Positions 1 to 12,433 of a DNA stretch of 64,000 bases are shown one piece after another. The stretch covers positions 198,028,001 through 198,092,000 of the forward strand of contig OX597814.1 of the NCBI GenBank assembly GCA_951406725.2, read 5' to 3'. The DNA is from Octopus vulgaris (lineage: Eukaryota). The notes under the pieces were generated by a model. It saw only the letters and a list, made by a program, of their open reading frames with translations, was not told the origin of the DNA and did no database searches. How positions within the stretch are numbered: the stretch's first letter is position 1; every line of letters begins with the position of its first letter. The translations under genes and the position numbers were made by a program.

Positions 1-3000
1 AGTTATTAGCTTCAAGATCTATACATTCAAAACAAACAAAGAAATTTTAAATAATAAACAAGCTAGATATTAAAAGATTTACACATATTAAAAGATATAC
101 ATAATTAGAAATGGCTAGGTTTTTAACTAATTTACATTTTTATGAAAATACTAAAGTGAAGATATTTCTAAAATAAGAGAGCAAATGTTGAAGTTATTGC
201 TGCCCAGTTTAGGCACTGCCAAAATACCAGCCTCAGTGAACGCTCTAAGCCTCCTCCTCCTGTAACATTGAACAAACAACCCAGCAGGAGAAGCATCATA
301 CATGTCATGCCATCTGACACAGCAGGTGAAGTTGTCGCCGTCATCATCGTCACCACCATCAGCAGTATCATCACATCTTTGGGTATGACTCAAGGGCATG
401 GGAAGTAAAATATTTTCTCATCAAGTCGGTGCACATTCTTCTAGCTTGACGTTCCACATCTTCGATGATGAGTGAAGTTGCCAACCACCAGGGCTTTTAA
501 GATTGTACACAACAACCAGAGATGTCGATAATCTAGCTTCTTGAAAATGTTCATAAAGAACTAAAGAAAAGGTGTGTTTTTGTTTTGTTTTTGTTTTTTA
601 AATACGTTTTCAAAATACTGAGACAGGAGATGCATTAATGCTTTTACAAACAGTTCTTTCTAAGAAAGAAGTACATCGTATAAGATTATTATGAGAATGT
701 CACTGCTTAAATATATTTATCAATGAATTCAACAAAACGGTTGTAAAAAGTAATATTCTTCTGATAAAGTCTTTAGAATAACGACAGAGGAACAGAATTA
801 CTTAAAGAGTAGAACAACAAGAAGTTGAACACATTCAGTGAGGATGGTGTAGCATGGTTGCATCAAACATTTCGCTGCAACATAATAAATATGGTTGATT
901 CAAGCAGACAGTTGAGTTGATTCATTCAATTGAGAAGAAGAACATTCACAGATTTCCTTGTGTTGGTTAAGTTGTGTACTTCAATATTTCACCAGTCTCA
1001 ATGAAACAAAATATTAACCACAAATGACGTTGGTACTCTGGGAGAGCAGAAGATTGGTAATGTACCAATAACCAAGAGCCTGGATTCCAGTTGCTTCCAA
1101 GTGATACAGTTGCAATACACCGGTTTCTATCTTTTTTCCTTTTTTTTCTTTCTATTTTTGCTGAGCCAAAAATCAACAAAATGCTGTCGAGTGTGGAGCC
1201 AGCATTCTGTTAACAGATCCAACTACTACTGAAGAAAAAAATGTCAATAATAATTACTAAATCAATCAATTAGTGATTGATTTAGAAAGTTCAATTAAAT
1301 TACAATTGTGTGCAAATGTGAGATTGTTTATTTATGTTAGCATATTTTCCATGATGTGTGCAGAAAATTCCAGATAACTTTTGAGGTTGTTGTTTTTTTG
1401 TTTGCTTTGCTTTTTTTTTTTAAAGAATGCTATTTAAGTAATATCCAATTATGGTGGTGGCTTCTCATTCAAACAGTGAAAGTGTAAGTGTTCATATTTG
1501 AAATGTGTAGAGGTAGAATACAGTGACAACCTGAAGTATCTAGAACCAATCTCAAGAAATAACTTCAATTCTGGTTGTGTGGTTTAAATATCAGTAGTAG
1601 TATGGAAATTGGTAAAAATCCTTAGGTATTGCATAAATCCTTTTGAATATTGTTCCAATGGTGATAATCATGGTAATTCTCTCGCAAGAAGTTCTGGCAA
1701 ATATGCCTCTCTTTCAAAACGATTTTAAGTTTCAATGAAACGTAGAAAAAGTTCAATAAAGAAAATCCCATGGTAACAATATTCAGCATTGAAGAGATTT
1801 TCCATCTGGCAGAATGATGATATCGATGACTGCAAAACAACACTCCTCCTTTTGGCAGCGATATTCTCTTGCTTCAGATGAATTTTCCCCACATCTTCCT
1901 TTTCAGGGTGTCATGAGTTAAGGCTGGAGAGCGCATATCAGGTGAGACCAATGGCTACAAGTGGCTGATGTTGACATCAGTGTTGGCGTTCGCCCTTCAG
2001 CAGCTCACAGATTTGCAATTCTCTATTGCATTGAGGAGATAGTAAGGTGAAATTAAACACTGGGGAGGAACTGTGTCAAAAAAAAGCTAAGGACAATCAG
2101 CTCTTATCCTTGGCATCAAATATCTTAAAATTTTTCCCAGACTCAAAACAAAACACACATTTCCTTTTACCAAAACTCAAGATTTGTATAAACAAACACT
2201 AAATCAAGACAATACTAAATAAAATTAAATAAAAAAAGCTTTTAACATTCACAATATTTAGAAAGCTACTTAATTAAAACTACTCAATTTCCAATATTAT
2301 ACTATACTATGTAAATTCTATTCTCACTGTTAACCTTAATCAACTTTTATTAAATTCTATGAAATTGTTCTATTTAAAAATTTTGTTTTTATAAATGGCT
2401 ACAGGAGTGCAAAAGAAATATTTAACTAACCAGTTTTTTTACACCATACATTTGAATCAAATAAAAAAAATTTTTTTAAAGTATATATTACAAAACTATT
2501 AAATTTATATTGTTGTAGACAATTTTTCTAGTGTAATCAACACTAGAATTTACAGAGTTGGTAATTTAGTCTAATTATTTCAAAGAATAAAAGAATCAAG
2601 TATTATAATATCTCTCTGAAATGACTCGATAAAGTTCATTTAACAAAACCGGCTGCAAAACTTATTTCAGCACCTACATTTTTATAAATATTAATTGCTA
2701 TTTCTAACAATCAATATATTTTACAAATCATTAAGCATATAAATCTTTATTCATACAGCCACTTATTTGTATAACATGATCAGAGATCTATACATCATTT
2801 ACTGATCAAGGTTAAGCTAACATATGAAATAAAGTCATCTACCCAACAGCAGATTTGAACTCAAAACTCTTAGCAAATTGTTCAATACTTTATCCAGCTG
2901 ACCTGTTCGCTTCTATATTCAATTCACATAATAAAATAATGAATACAGGCTTCCCCTACATTACAAAAGTGTTGCACTCGTGAAATTCTTGCCAAAACCT

Positions 3001-4486
3001 AGAGTTTCAAAACATGAAACCTTGACTACACCTTGTTACATAAAATTCAGTTTTATGTCACCGAACTCCATGCTAGAGAGCAATATTTTTCTGACATTTT
3101 CTGGACTGCAATACTTCCATCGCACTAATCAGAAGTAGCTGATTTCAACAACTACAGTAACATAAGATGATTTATCTTCAGCAAAAGTTAGAAAATCTTT
3201 AACAAAAAACTTTTCTAACAACTACATTTCAATGTCAGACTAAACTGTAATACATTTTGCTTATCATTTCAGATACCAGAGAAAGTATGTAATCAGCTTT
3301 CACTAAGAAACACTGACTCCATTTGTTTTCAAAATTTAATATTTTATCATGTGATAATTATAATTACAAATTTTACCACAAATATATAATTAATATATAG
3401 TTATAATTAGCATTTTAACACATATTTATATCTAATATTTAGTTTAGAAAAATATTATTTAAATTATTTTTTTACAATTAGAAAGTAATTTGGGATTCAC
3501 TAAGTTCAAATCTAATTCTTTGATTTAAAAAAAAAAACTATTAGCAAATAAATAGTACAAGCAACATAAAACACACATACATACATCCACACTCAAATAT
3601 ACAAATATTCTCAAATAGGAAATGGGAGATAAACAAAAGCATTTAAAATAAAATTTAAAATGTTTGAAAACTGTAGATTTGTAAATTTTTATGTAAATAA
3701 TATCTAGGAAACAAAAAAAATGAAACAAAATCATTATTAAACACAATCTTGCAGAATATTTGTTTCAAACAGCCTAATATCAACAATTCCATTAAATAAA
3801 AGGTTCAAGTGTATTTCTCATCAATTAGACGAGCAAATTTCCAATCTTTCAGAGAATAAAACTTAGAATTAAAATTAAAACAATTGTTTTAAAGAAATAG
3901 TTAAGATCTTTCTGTGTACAATAATATTTTTTTTAATTAAATCTTCAGGCAAAATTTTGAATTTAAATTTACATAGCAATGCATATTCAACATCAATGGG
4001 TAAAAAATGTATCACTTTTAATATTTTATAAAAAAATTTTTTTAAAAGGATGCAAAGTATATTCACTTTGATCACCTTGGAAAAATTTCTCTGTTTTACT
4101 TTTCCATTTTGTGACTAAATTCCCCAATGATCATGAGATCTACTTTAACATAAAGAGGAACTAAAATGTGATGGCCAGTTAATTTCAGATAGATTCAGGT
4201 CTTAACGGAAAAAAAAAAAAAAAAATGGTTTCTTTCCAAGTTCTTTCTTTCTTACAATACATGAGAAAATAACATGCATCACACTTTGACAATAAAGTGA
4301 AATAGTGCAAACAGCAATCAAACAAGTCAAAATTTGAGCTGGGAATGTATAAAAAAGCTAAAGGACTAACTAGCAAATATGATGGGCTTTTTTGCTAATT
4401 GTAATGGACATTAATCAAAACAGTATCCTCTCCCAAAGAATATAGACATATAAATTTAAGAATACATTAATAATTGACAACTTTAC

Positions 4487-4547
4487 CTCATTGTTTTCAT
4501 TTGCTGCCACTTCCTCTTTTGGTTGCTGGGGTTCACTTTCTACATCA
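4487..4547 (-). CDS. ACIN1: Acinus-like gene, coding exon F (61 nt, phase 2 to 0): SDVESEPQQPKEEVAANENNE
   Basis: Acceptor tttgtgttttag|, donor GAG|gtaaag. In frame with exon E. Confidence 0.78.
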
Positions 4548-4719
4548 CTAAAACACAAATTGAGTAAATTGACATCAGCACAGAAAGTCACAGGCAATCA
4601 ACACAACCAGTCTAGATTATAGTACAAAGTTTCTGCTCAGCAGTAGTGTCACCTCGTGAGATATCAATTCCCAATCAATTAGATATCGATCATTGTAACA
4701 CATTCTAAAAACAAAATTC

Positions 4720-5120
4720 GGATCTTTTCGGTTTGAACAGCAGTTTTTAAAATAATTTCCACGTAACTAAACACTTTTAAACTTCGTATACTGGTAGAAT
4801 GTGTTTATAAAACATCTTTTTCTCTTGGCTTTATTGAGAAAATTCTATAGTTTGTAAGATATTTGTTGTTCTTTTCTTCAATTTCTGCAATTTCAACCAA
4901 TCACTGACGTCCATTGAGTTAAAAAATCTGTGCCATATGAATATGTCCCTCGTTTAAGAAACAGATTGGGTTTATTTACATTTCTGAAGAAAAAAAGATA
5001 CCCTTCCCCCCACCCCTAACACGGATTGAAATGCAATAGATCGATACTAGGGTCATAATTATGGGTGACAATTTCATATGACACTGCTAGAAAAAACTGC
5101 AGTTCAAACCGAAAAGATCC
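4720..5120. mobile_element. Non-autonomous DNA transposon (MITE) with GG...CC termini and 8-bp TSD (Merlin/MULE-like)
   Basis: TIRs ggatcttttcggtttgaac / gttcaaaccgaaaagatcc; exact TSD CAAAATTC at 4712-4719 and 5121-5128. Confidence 0.88.
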
Positions 5121-5484
5121 CAAAATTCTCCAAATTTAAAAATTGGTCTTAAAACATCAGCTGAAGTGTCAGCCAGAAAATAACAGTAACAATCAAAGAT
5201 TACTAATGACTTACTAAAACTAAATCAGTGTTGAGTATATACACAGGCTAATAATACTTCACAATATAGCTTTTGAATCTTACACATTAACATTAATGAC
5301 ACAAAATCCAGCAGATATTAGTTTACAACAGAATTTTTCTTCTTTTTTTTCTTTTTTTTTTTCTGTCCATCATATACATTTTTTTTTTTTAATTGAAAGA
5401 AAAGAACAAAGCAAAAACAAAATACAAAACTATTCCAGGATGTGGCCAAGTGTTTTCACAACGAACCACAGCCACAAAACTAAC

Positions 5485-5597
5485 CTATCAGCAGCGGCAG
5501 GGGAAATAACTTCATCTCGTTTATTTTTTTTCATTTCACAACTCGGAACTGCTACATTTGTAACAATTTCCTCATTTTCATTTACTTCTTTTTTATC
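5485..5597 (-). CDS. ACIN1: Acinus-like gene, coding exon E (113 nt, phase 0 to 2): DKKEVNENEEIVTNVAVPSCEMKKNKRDEVISPAAAD
   Basis: Acceptor ctccatttcag|, donor AG|gttagt. Open frame; phases match exons D and F. Confidence 0.78.
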
Positions 5598-5772
5598 CTG
5601 AAATGGAGTAAAATGTCATCACATTAAATGGAATATTACTATCACTTCTATCATTAATATTATCATTAGAAGTAATCATAATAATTATTATAGATTTTAT
5701 AACTTGAGCCAGTTCAATGCTTTAAATCTAAATTCTAATGTCACCAAACAATAGCAATCCTTGTTTGATCAA

Positions 5773-5973
5773 CTTTACTCTTTTACTCGTTTCAGTCATT
5801 TGACTGCAGCCATGCTGGAGCACCGCCTTTAATCAAGCAATTCAACCCCGGGACTTATTCTTTTGTAAGCCTAGTACTTATTCTATCGGTCTCTTTTGCC
5901 GAACCGCTAAGTGACGGGGACATAAACACACCAGCATCGGTTGTCAAGCAATGCTAGGGGACAAACACACACA

Positions 5974-6010
<37 letters not shown>

Positions 6011-6163
6011 GACGGGCTTCTTTCAGTTTCCGTCTACCAAATCCACTCACAAGGCTTTGGTCGGCCCGAGGCTATAGTAGAAGACACTTGCCCAAGGTGC
6101 CACGCAGTGGGACTGAACCCGGAACCATGTGGTTGGTAAACAAGCTACTTACCACACAGCCAC
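5773..6163 (-). mobile_element. tRNA-derived CORE-type SINE with internal TA/CA microsatellite
   Basis: tRNA-like head (tggctgtgtggtaag A-box, ggttcagtccc B-box), ccttgggcaagt core and gagtaaaa-repeat tail; many copies in the window. Confidence 0.88.
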
Positions 6164-6849
6164 ATGTTTTCTGTCCGTTTTTTTTTTTGAATGCTAGCAT
6201 GGGTTAGATGAATACTCATTATTGAGACAATGTTTTACAGTCAAGCACCCTTCCTATTAATAACCTGTACCTTGTTTCCAAGCAAAGGATTTTTTTCTTA
6301 TTCCACTTATCAAAATGAGAGATTGAGGGTGGTTTGCTGTTAGAGAATCCTTATCTAACATCATTTTTTGATCAACAATTTCATACAAAGGAATAATAAA
6401 TGTTCACACACACACACACACAAACTATGGGCTTCCACAAAGTTTCTGTCTACCAATTCCACTCACAAGGCATTGAAAATCCATGCAGACACTTGCCCAA
6501 GGTGTCACACAGTCAAATAGAACTTGAAACTGTTATCATCGTTTAACGTCCGTTTTCCATGCTAGCATGGGTTGGACGGTTTGACCAGGGTCTGGGAAGC
6601 CAGGAGGCTGCACCAGGCTCCAGTCTGATCTGGCAGTGTTTCTACAGCTTGATGCCCTTCCTAACGCCAACCACTCTGTGAGTGTAGTGGGTGCTTTTTA
6701 CGTGCCACCAGCACAGGTGCCAGGGGAGGCAGTCAACGGCCACGATCGGTTGGTGCTTTTTATGTACCACCGGCACGGAAGCCAGTCAAGGCAGTGCTGT
6801 GGCTATAAAAAAAAAAAAAAGTAACCAACTCATGATAATTGCTATTCCA

Positions 6850-7171
6850 GTGGCACTCCATCAGTTACAACGAGCATTTCAGTTGATTCGGATTCAATGA
6901 ACTGAACAGTTTACTCATGAAATTAATGTGCAAGTGGCCGAGTACTCCACAGACACATGTACCCTTAATGTAGTTCTCACAGAGATTCAGCGTGACACAG
7001 AATGTAACAAAGCTAGCCCCTTTAAATTAGAGGTATTACTCATTTTTGCCAACTGAGTGGACTGGAGCAACATGGAAAAGTCTTGCTCAAGGACACAACA
7101 CATGCACTGCCAGGCATCATACCTTACAATTGTGAGCCAAATACCTTAATTACTAAGCCACAGGCCTTCAC
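6850..7171 (-). mobile_element. tRNA-derived SINE with Nin/Deu-like domain (plus-strand copy at 51018-51292)
   Basis: gtgaaggcctgtggcttagt head and the shared gagtactcggccacttgcac domain. Confidence 0.75.
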
Positions 7172-7175
7172 ACTA

Positions 7176-7732
7176 TTAACCTTTTGTAGGCCGACAGAGT
7201 TCCTTGGGACCCCAGCAAATTTTAAAAGTTATACAACTTTAACATTTTTTATTTAAATGATTTTACATCTCATGGCTTTTATTATCAATAATTTATGTAT
7301 GTACATATAAATTTCGAGTTAAAAATTTCCAGTCATGGATGTTTTAACATAAAATAGGGTCATTAGGGTCCAACTGGACCCCATTGGCCTTCTGTGGAGA
7401 TATTTTCTTTCTGTTCTTTTTTCAGATATTCTGATGAACTGTAAGTCAATTTTCTTTGTATTTGTTCTGGTATGAATTGATATACTAAATAATTGCGTTT
7501 ATTTTATATTTAGTGCTACATGTATAATTTATAAAATTATAAAAAAAAGATGATGATGATGATTTCTTTCAATAAAGGTTTTTTCCAGTCAGTAAATCAT
7601 AATTTAATTCCCCTCCATTAAACACTAATAATTAATGGATAGTGCAGAAATGTGCAAAAACAAAAGGGGGTCCCTCGGGATCCCAATGGACTTTTTGCAT
7701 AATTCCAACCCCACCGGCCCATGAAGGGTTAA
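7176..7732. mobile_element. piggyBac-type non-autonomous element
   Basis: TTAA-CCTTT ... AAGGG-TTAA ends, with internal gggacccc/ggggtccc subterminal repeats. Confidence 0.65.
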
Positions 7733-8852
7733 ATTAATATTTAATTGGGAAAGAAAAGGGCAAAAAGAGTCTACATCTGAACTTTGGCCTAACAAAATCC
7801 ACTGTAAGACAAAATGGGAAGCTATCTAAAACAAGAAAAGTGGCACTTCCAATTGCAACAGTATAAATTCATTTCTTACATTGACAAAGGGTGGTGATAA
7901 AGACTACAGAGGAGTGATTTTTGAGGAAAATAGATCAATTTCTGTATGATCTATATCAAAACATCATCCTAATATTTCTGCCAAGACACCATCACATAGG
8001 TAGGTTGTCAGGTTACTTGTGAGCTCTCTTATAAATGCTACTAGTAACATGGAATCTAGTACAAACTGTTGCATGCTCAGGTCATCAGCAACTAAACTAG
8101 CACTTGCATTAAGCTTGCCTGGTGAGGAGGGTTGCTAGTGACCCATCAGGATTATCAAAAGGACAAATGAACCCATTGTAGGTTCAACAACTACCTAACA
8201 ATAGCAAGAGCCCTCAGAAATTCCAGATTGGTGCCCAGTGTGCTGGGAGGCCACTGGGAGTAAAGCACCCCTTAGCTTTTGTTAAAGCATGCTGCTTCAA
8301 ACCTGAGCTATGTCTGTGCCGAAAACTGGCGGTGACTCGGTCAGTGAATCCCCTGCAACAGTCGACAAGATTACAGATCACACAATCCCAAAGTGTGTGT
8401 GTGTGTGAGAGTACACGTGATCAGGAGCCACATGTCAACTTGTATTCTCACTGAAACTCCAAACATGCATTGAACAGAGCTGGCTCAACACCCTGGGTGA
8501 ATGTCGCCACCAGTACAAGTAAGTATAAGGCAGAGAACTATATAACCATCTAAGCCAACCAGAATGGAGTAGAAGTCTTAAAAATTATAGTGTTTATACT
8601 AGTTATTTTATACACCATTACTCACTGTTAAATTGAGGTTATTTTAAAGTTTAAGAATAACAAGAGAACATTTACTGATGGGAAGGGGGTCCTCAATACT
8701 GTAAGGTCTCAAATTTATTGTTAAAGTCCTAGTCAACACAAATATTACTATGAAAATATTCATATAAAAGAAATTTAGGGGTATTCCTATTTCTAGATTA
8801 CCTGGTGTTTCAAATTAATTACTAAACTAATTATACACACAATTTTAAATAC

Positions 8853-9159
8853 CTGTTCCTCTGAAGACTTTGTGGGTGTCTTTTTCTTTGCAGGTGAGCT
8901 GGAAACGGAGCTGGATCTGGAATGGGATGGGGATCGGGATCGAGATCTAGACCGTGAAGGAGATCGTGACGAAGCCGAGTTTGACCATGATCGGGAGCGG
9001 GATGCTGAACGGGATCTCGAAGACGCAGATCTTGATCGGGCTCGAGCTTCTGAAGACTTCATGTCCGATTCCTTTCGTGAACTACTCGAAGACGACCGAG
9101 ATCTTGACCGAGAGGAATGAGAACGAGATCTTCGGTTGCTTGAATGAGACGACACAGAC
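8853..9159 (-). CDS. ACIN1: Acinus-like gene, coding exon D (307 nt, phase 2 to 0), RS domain
   Basis: Acceptor tttttctttgcag|, donor CAG|gtattt. Encodes SVSSHSSNRRSRSHSSRSRSRS...SPAKKKTPTKSSEEQ (ORF 8793..9155). Confidence 0.88.
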
Positions 9160-9527
9160 CTGCAAAGAAAAATATTTAAAAGGAGCTTAATTATCAGTCA
9201 TACAGAAAATCAAAATGTGTTTAGTATACACTATACAATAAAATAAGAACCCAAAGGAATCTAATCAATTTTAGACCATTTTGCAAAAAAAAAAAAAAAA
9301 AAAAAAAAAAGACTTTACATTCACATTTTTAATTAGTGGCATTAAAAATAAAAATCACTTGATCAAACTAGTGAGTAAAACAAACATCCTAGAAAAATAT
9401 TTGTATAAATAGTAAAATATTCTAATCTTCAAACTCAGATTTTGTTCCCAAAAAAAATTATATCAGTTCTTACTCAATCTGTATAATTCATGAAAGTATG
9501 AACAACTAAAAAATACTTCCCTTTTCT

Positions 9528-9756
9528 TTAATCCTTTCATTACCATATTTATTTTGAGATGCTCTGTGTTTCTTTCAATTAATTTTAAATACAACAAAGA
9601 ACTTAGTAAAATAACTTAGTTACCATTAAGCTAGTGTTAGGAACATATATTGTGACTAAGGTTTGGTGGAAGATTCTAATTCAAAACTTATGAAAACAAG
9701 ACATTTGTACTCAGTGCCAGAGTTGGTTTCAGTCAGGTTAGTATCGAAAGGGTTAA
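9528..9756. mobile_element. piggyBac-type MITE family A (also 11793-12024, ~29577-29812, 35249-35465)
   Basis: TTAA-(C/T)CCTTT ... AAAGGG-TTAA ends; ~230-bp body shared among copies. Confidence 0.8.
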
Positions 9757-12034
9757 ACTTTGAGCAAACTTTTTTGAAAAAATGTTGACCGCAACATCTA
9801 TGAACCTGAAATATAAAACCCTTTTGGAATGTTTTTTCAAGGGGGCATGTGCGAATCAGTTTTTAGAAAAAGTACACCATGTACCTGCTGTCATAGAAGG
9901 CAAATGAAAGTGTTAGTATCTGGAAGGGTCTCTGGTTGTAAAAAGACACTGCCCCAGAAAGATCCATACAACCCATGTCAGAATGGGGAAGTAAAAACAA
10001 TGATTATATAATGTCAGAAATTCAACAGAGCCATCTATAAGGGCAATGAGATTATTTTATGAACTTAATTCTCGAAAGCATATCTTCTACTATTGGAATA
10101 TTTTCAGCTTCCAAATTCTAATGGCAGAATACAGCAAGCATGAAGATGCTAGATGTTATTTGGTGGTAATATAATCCTGAAAACTGGTGGCTTCACTGAC
10201 TTGAAGTTAAATCTAATGTAATATTCAATATTACAGGAAACAGTTTACTGTAATTAGTGCTTCATCTTCATTTGAACTGAACCACATCGACTGAAAATAC
10301 TAAGACAGACTTTATTTTCTGACAACTTTGTCTTTTGTAGCTTGTTTGCAACTCTCTAACCAGGAAATAAATTTCTAACAAAGTACCAATGGAAGCTGTA
10401 ATTCTCACACCATTTCCTTATTAGTATTATTAGTAAACATTATTGAAACAGCTGGTCTGGAGAGCAAGCTACAAACTTAGCCATCTGGAGCTCATTTTCT
10501 ATTTTATAACACTCACTAAAGAAAGACTTCAGTCCAGCACTTGCAGCTAATGAACTACAAATTGGTTATGCAGTATTTCAACCAATTACAATCATGAACA
10601 GGTTTTTCTCCATGACACATCTATATGGTAATTAGGATTGATGGGATGCAATACCAAGCTAAGGGCTCTGAACTCTTTAATGGAGCACACGGATGCCATG
10701 ACGACAATTTGGACCTGGTGGAACCCATCCCTCTCCAGGTATGATCACAACTGATTTCTTCCAAAAAGAGAATAATCAACTCCAGTACTTGTCTAGTACT
10801 TTATTTTATCGACCCTGAAAAGACATAAGGCAAAGCTGACGTTGGTAGGATTTGAACTCACGAGCACAGAGAGCTGGAGAAATTACCACAGAGCATTCTA
10901 TCCAATGCTCTAGCAACTCTGCTAGTTGGCCATCTTAAAGACAATAACAGTGATAGAATACATGCCTTCAGCCAGTAAGCAGCAATCACAATATCACTGC
11001 CTATTTAGGCTACAGAACACTACATAATATATGCTGTCAACTAGTAAGCTGACAAGCATGTATTATGTATTGTTGTGTAGTCTTAACAGGCAAGGATATT
11101 GAAGTATTCCAACTCTGCAATATCCCCATTCAGTCAAGACTACATAGTAATGACAAACAAACTAATAAACTTCCTGAAATATGGCAAAAGAATATAAATA
11201 AAGCTTAATCATGATTTTTAACTATAAGAGACCACTGTAAGTGGTAATAGGCAGGGATAATAAATACATCTTCCATCAAATACCAAAAAATGTTAGTACT
11301 AAATAGTTTTTTGTATTATTATTATTATTATTATTACTGAACAAAAACATTTCATACACTCTTACAGTGTATATTACAGTGTATTTAATAATATATTAGT
11401 ATTTCAGACATATGAACTGATATATTTATCAAAATTAAAAGCAATTTCTAGTAATGCATTTTAAGAAGAAAAAAAAAAATTCAAAAATTAAATGTGTACT
11501 TCAGCAAAATTAAATATCTGATGTGCAATTCAAGTGATTTCAGTGCAATTATTTCCTTGTGTTCAAAAAAAAAAAAATTACTTCAGTGACCATTTGAAAC
11601 TTAATATTTCTATTATTTTCTTCAGGTTTCACATAACTGCAACAGTCATCATATAATCAACTTTGCAACTCAACTGTTAAATTCATTTCAACAAACCATT
11701 CCAAATTGTAAATATAGAAAATTATTCCAAAGATAGACACCACGAGTTGTAGCAAGTCTACAAAAAAATGCACTTAACTATTTCATTAATCTATTAACTC
11801 TTTTGTAACCATAATTCTACTGAAATACATTGCCTTTATTTTAATTAATTGTGAAAATTACAAAGAATTTAGTAAAAATAACTTTCCATTATTAATCTGG
11901 TATTTTGAACATAGTTTAACATGAAATTTTTAAGGAAGGTTTTTAACTTAGCCAACATTAAAACAGAAAGTTTGCATCATAGAATCGAGGGCAACTTGAG
12001 GTAGATTGATACCAAAAAGGTTAAATAGACTTTT

Positions 12035-12433
12035 TTTCTTTTACTTGTTTCAGTCATTTGACTGCGGCCATGCTGGAGCACCGCCTTTAGTCAAGCAAAT
12101 CGACCCTGGGACTTATTCTTTGTAAGCCCAGTACTTATTCTATCGGTCTCTTTTTGCTGAACCGCAAAGTGACGGGGACGTAAACACACCAGCATCAGTT
12201 GTCAAGCAATGCTAGGGGGACAAACACAGACACACAAACACACATACATATATATATATATACATATATACGACAGGCTTCTTTCAGTTTCTGTCTACCA
12301 AATCCACTCACAAGGCATTGGTCAGCCCGGGGCTATAGCAGAAGACACTTGCCCAAGATGCCACGCAGTGGGACTGAACCCGGAACCATGTGGTTGGTTA
12401 GCAAGCTACTTACCATACAGCCACTCCTGTGCC
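12035..12433 (-). mobile_element. CORE-type SINE, same family
   Basis: Near-identical to 5773-6163. A degenerate plus-strand copy follows at ~12625-12865. Confidence 0.88.

Noticed and set aside
3875-4075. 66-codon ORF as a genuine C-terminal coding exon
   Set aside because: Extremely AT-rich codons, weak AAG acceptor and no RRM/RSB similarity; the site fits better as a donor of a poison cassette.
5941-6207. Recurrent ORF family RASFSFRLPNPLTRLWSARGYSRRHLPKVP...
   Set aside because: Chance frames in multiple copies of one SINE, not a gene family.
8853-9159. Assignment to SRRM2/3/4, LUC7L3 or a classical SR protein
   Set aside because: No cwf21, eMIC, LUC7 zinc finger or RRM seen; the exon A peptide matches Acinus.
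8872-9190. Plus-strand RD/RE-rich ORFs (also 31431-31664)
   Set aside because: Antisense reading of RS-domain codons; splice signals support the minus strand.
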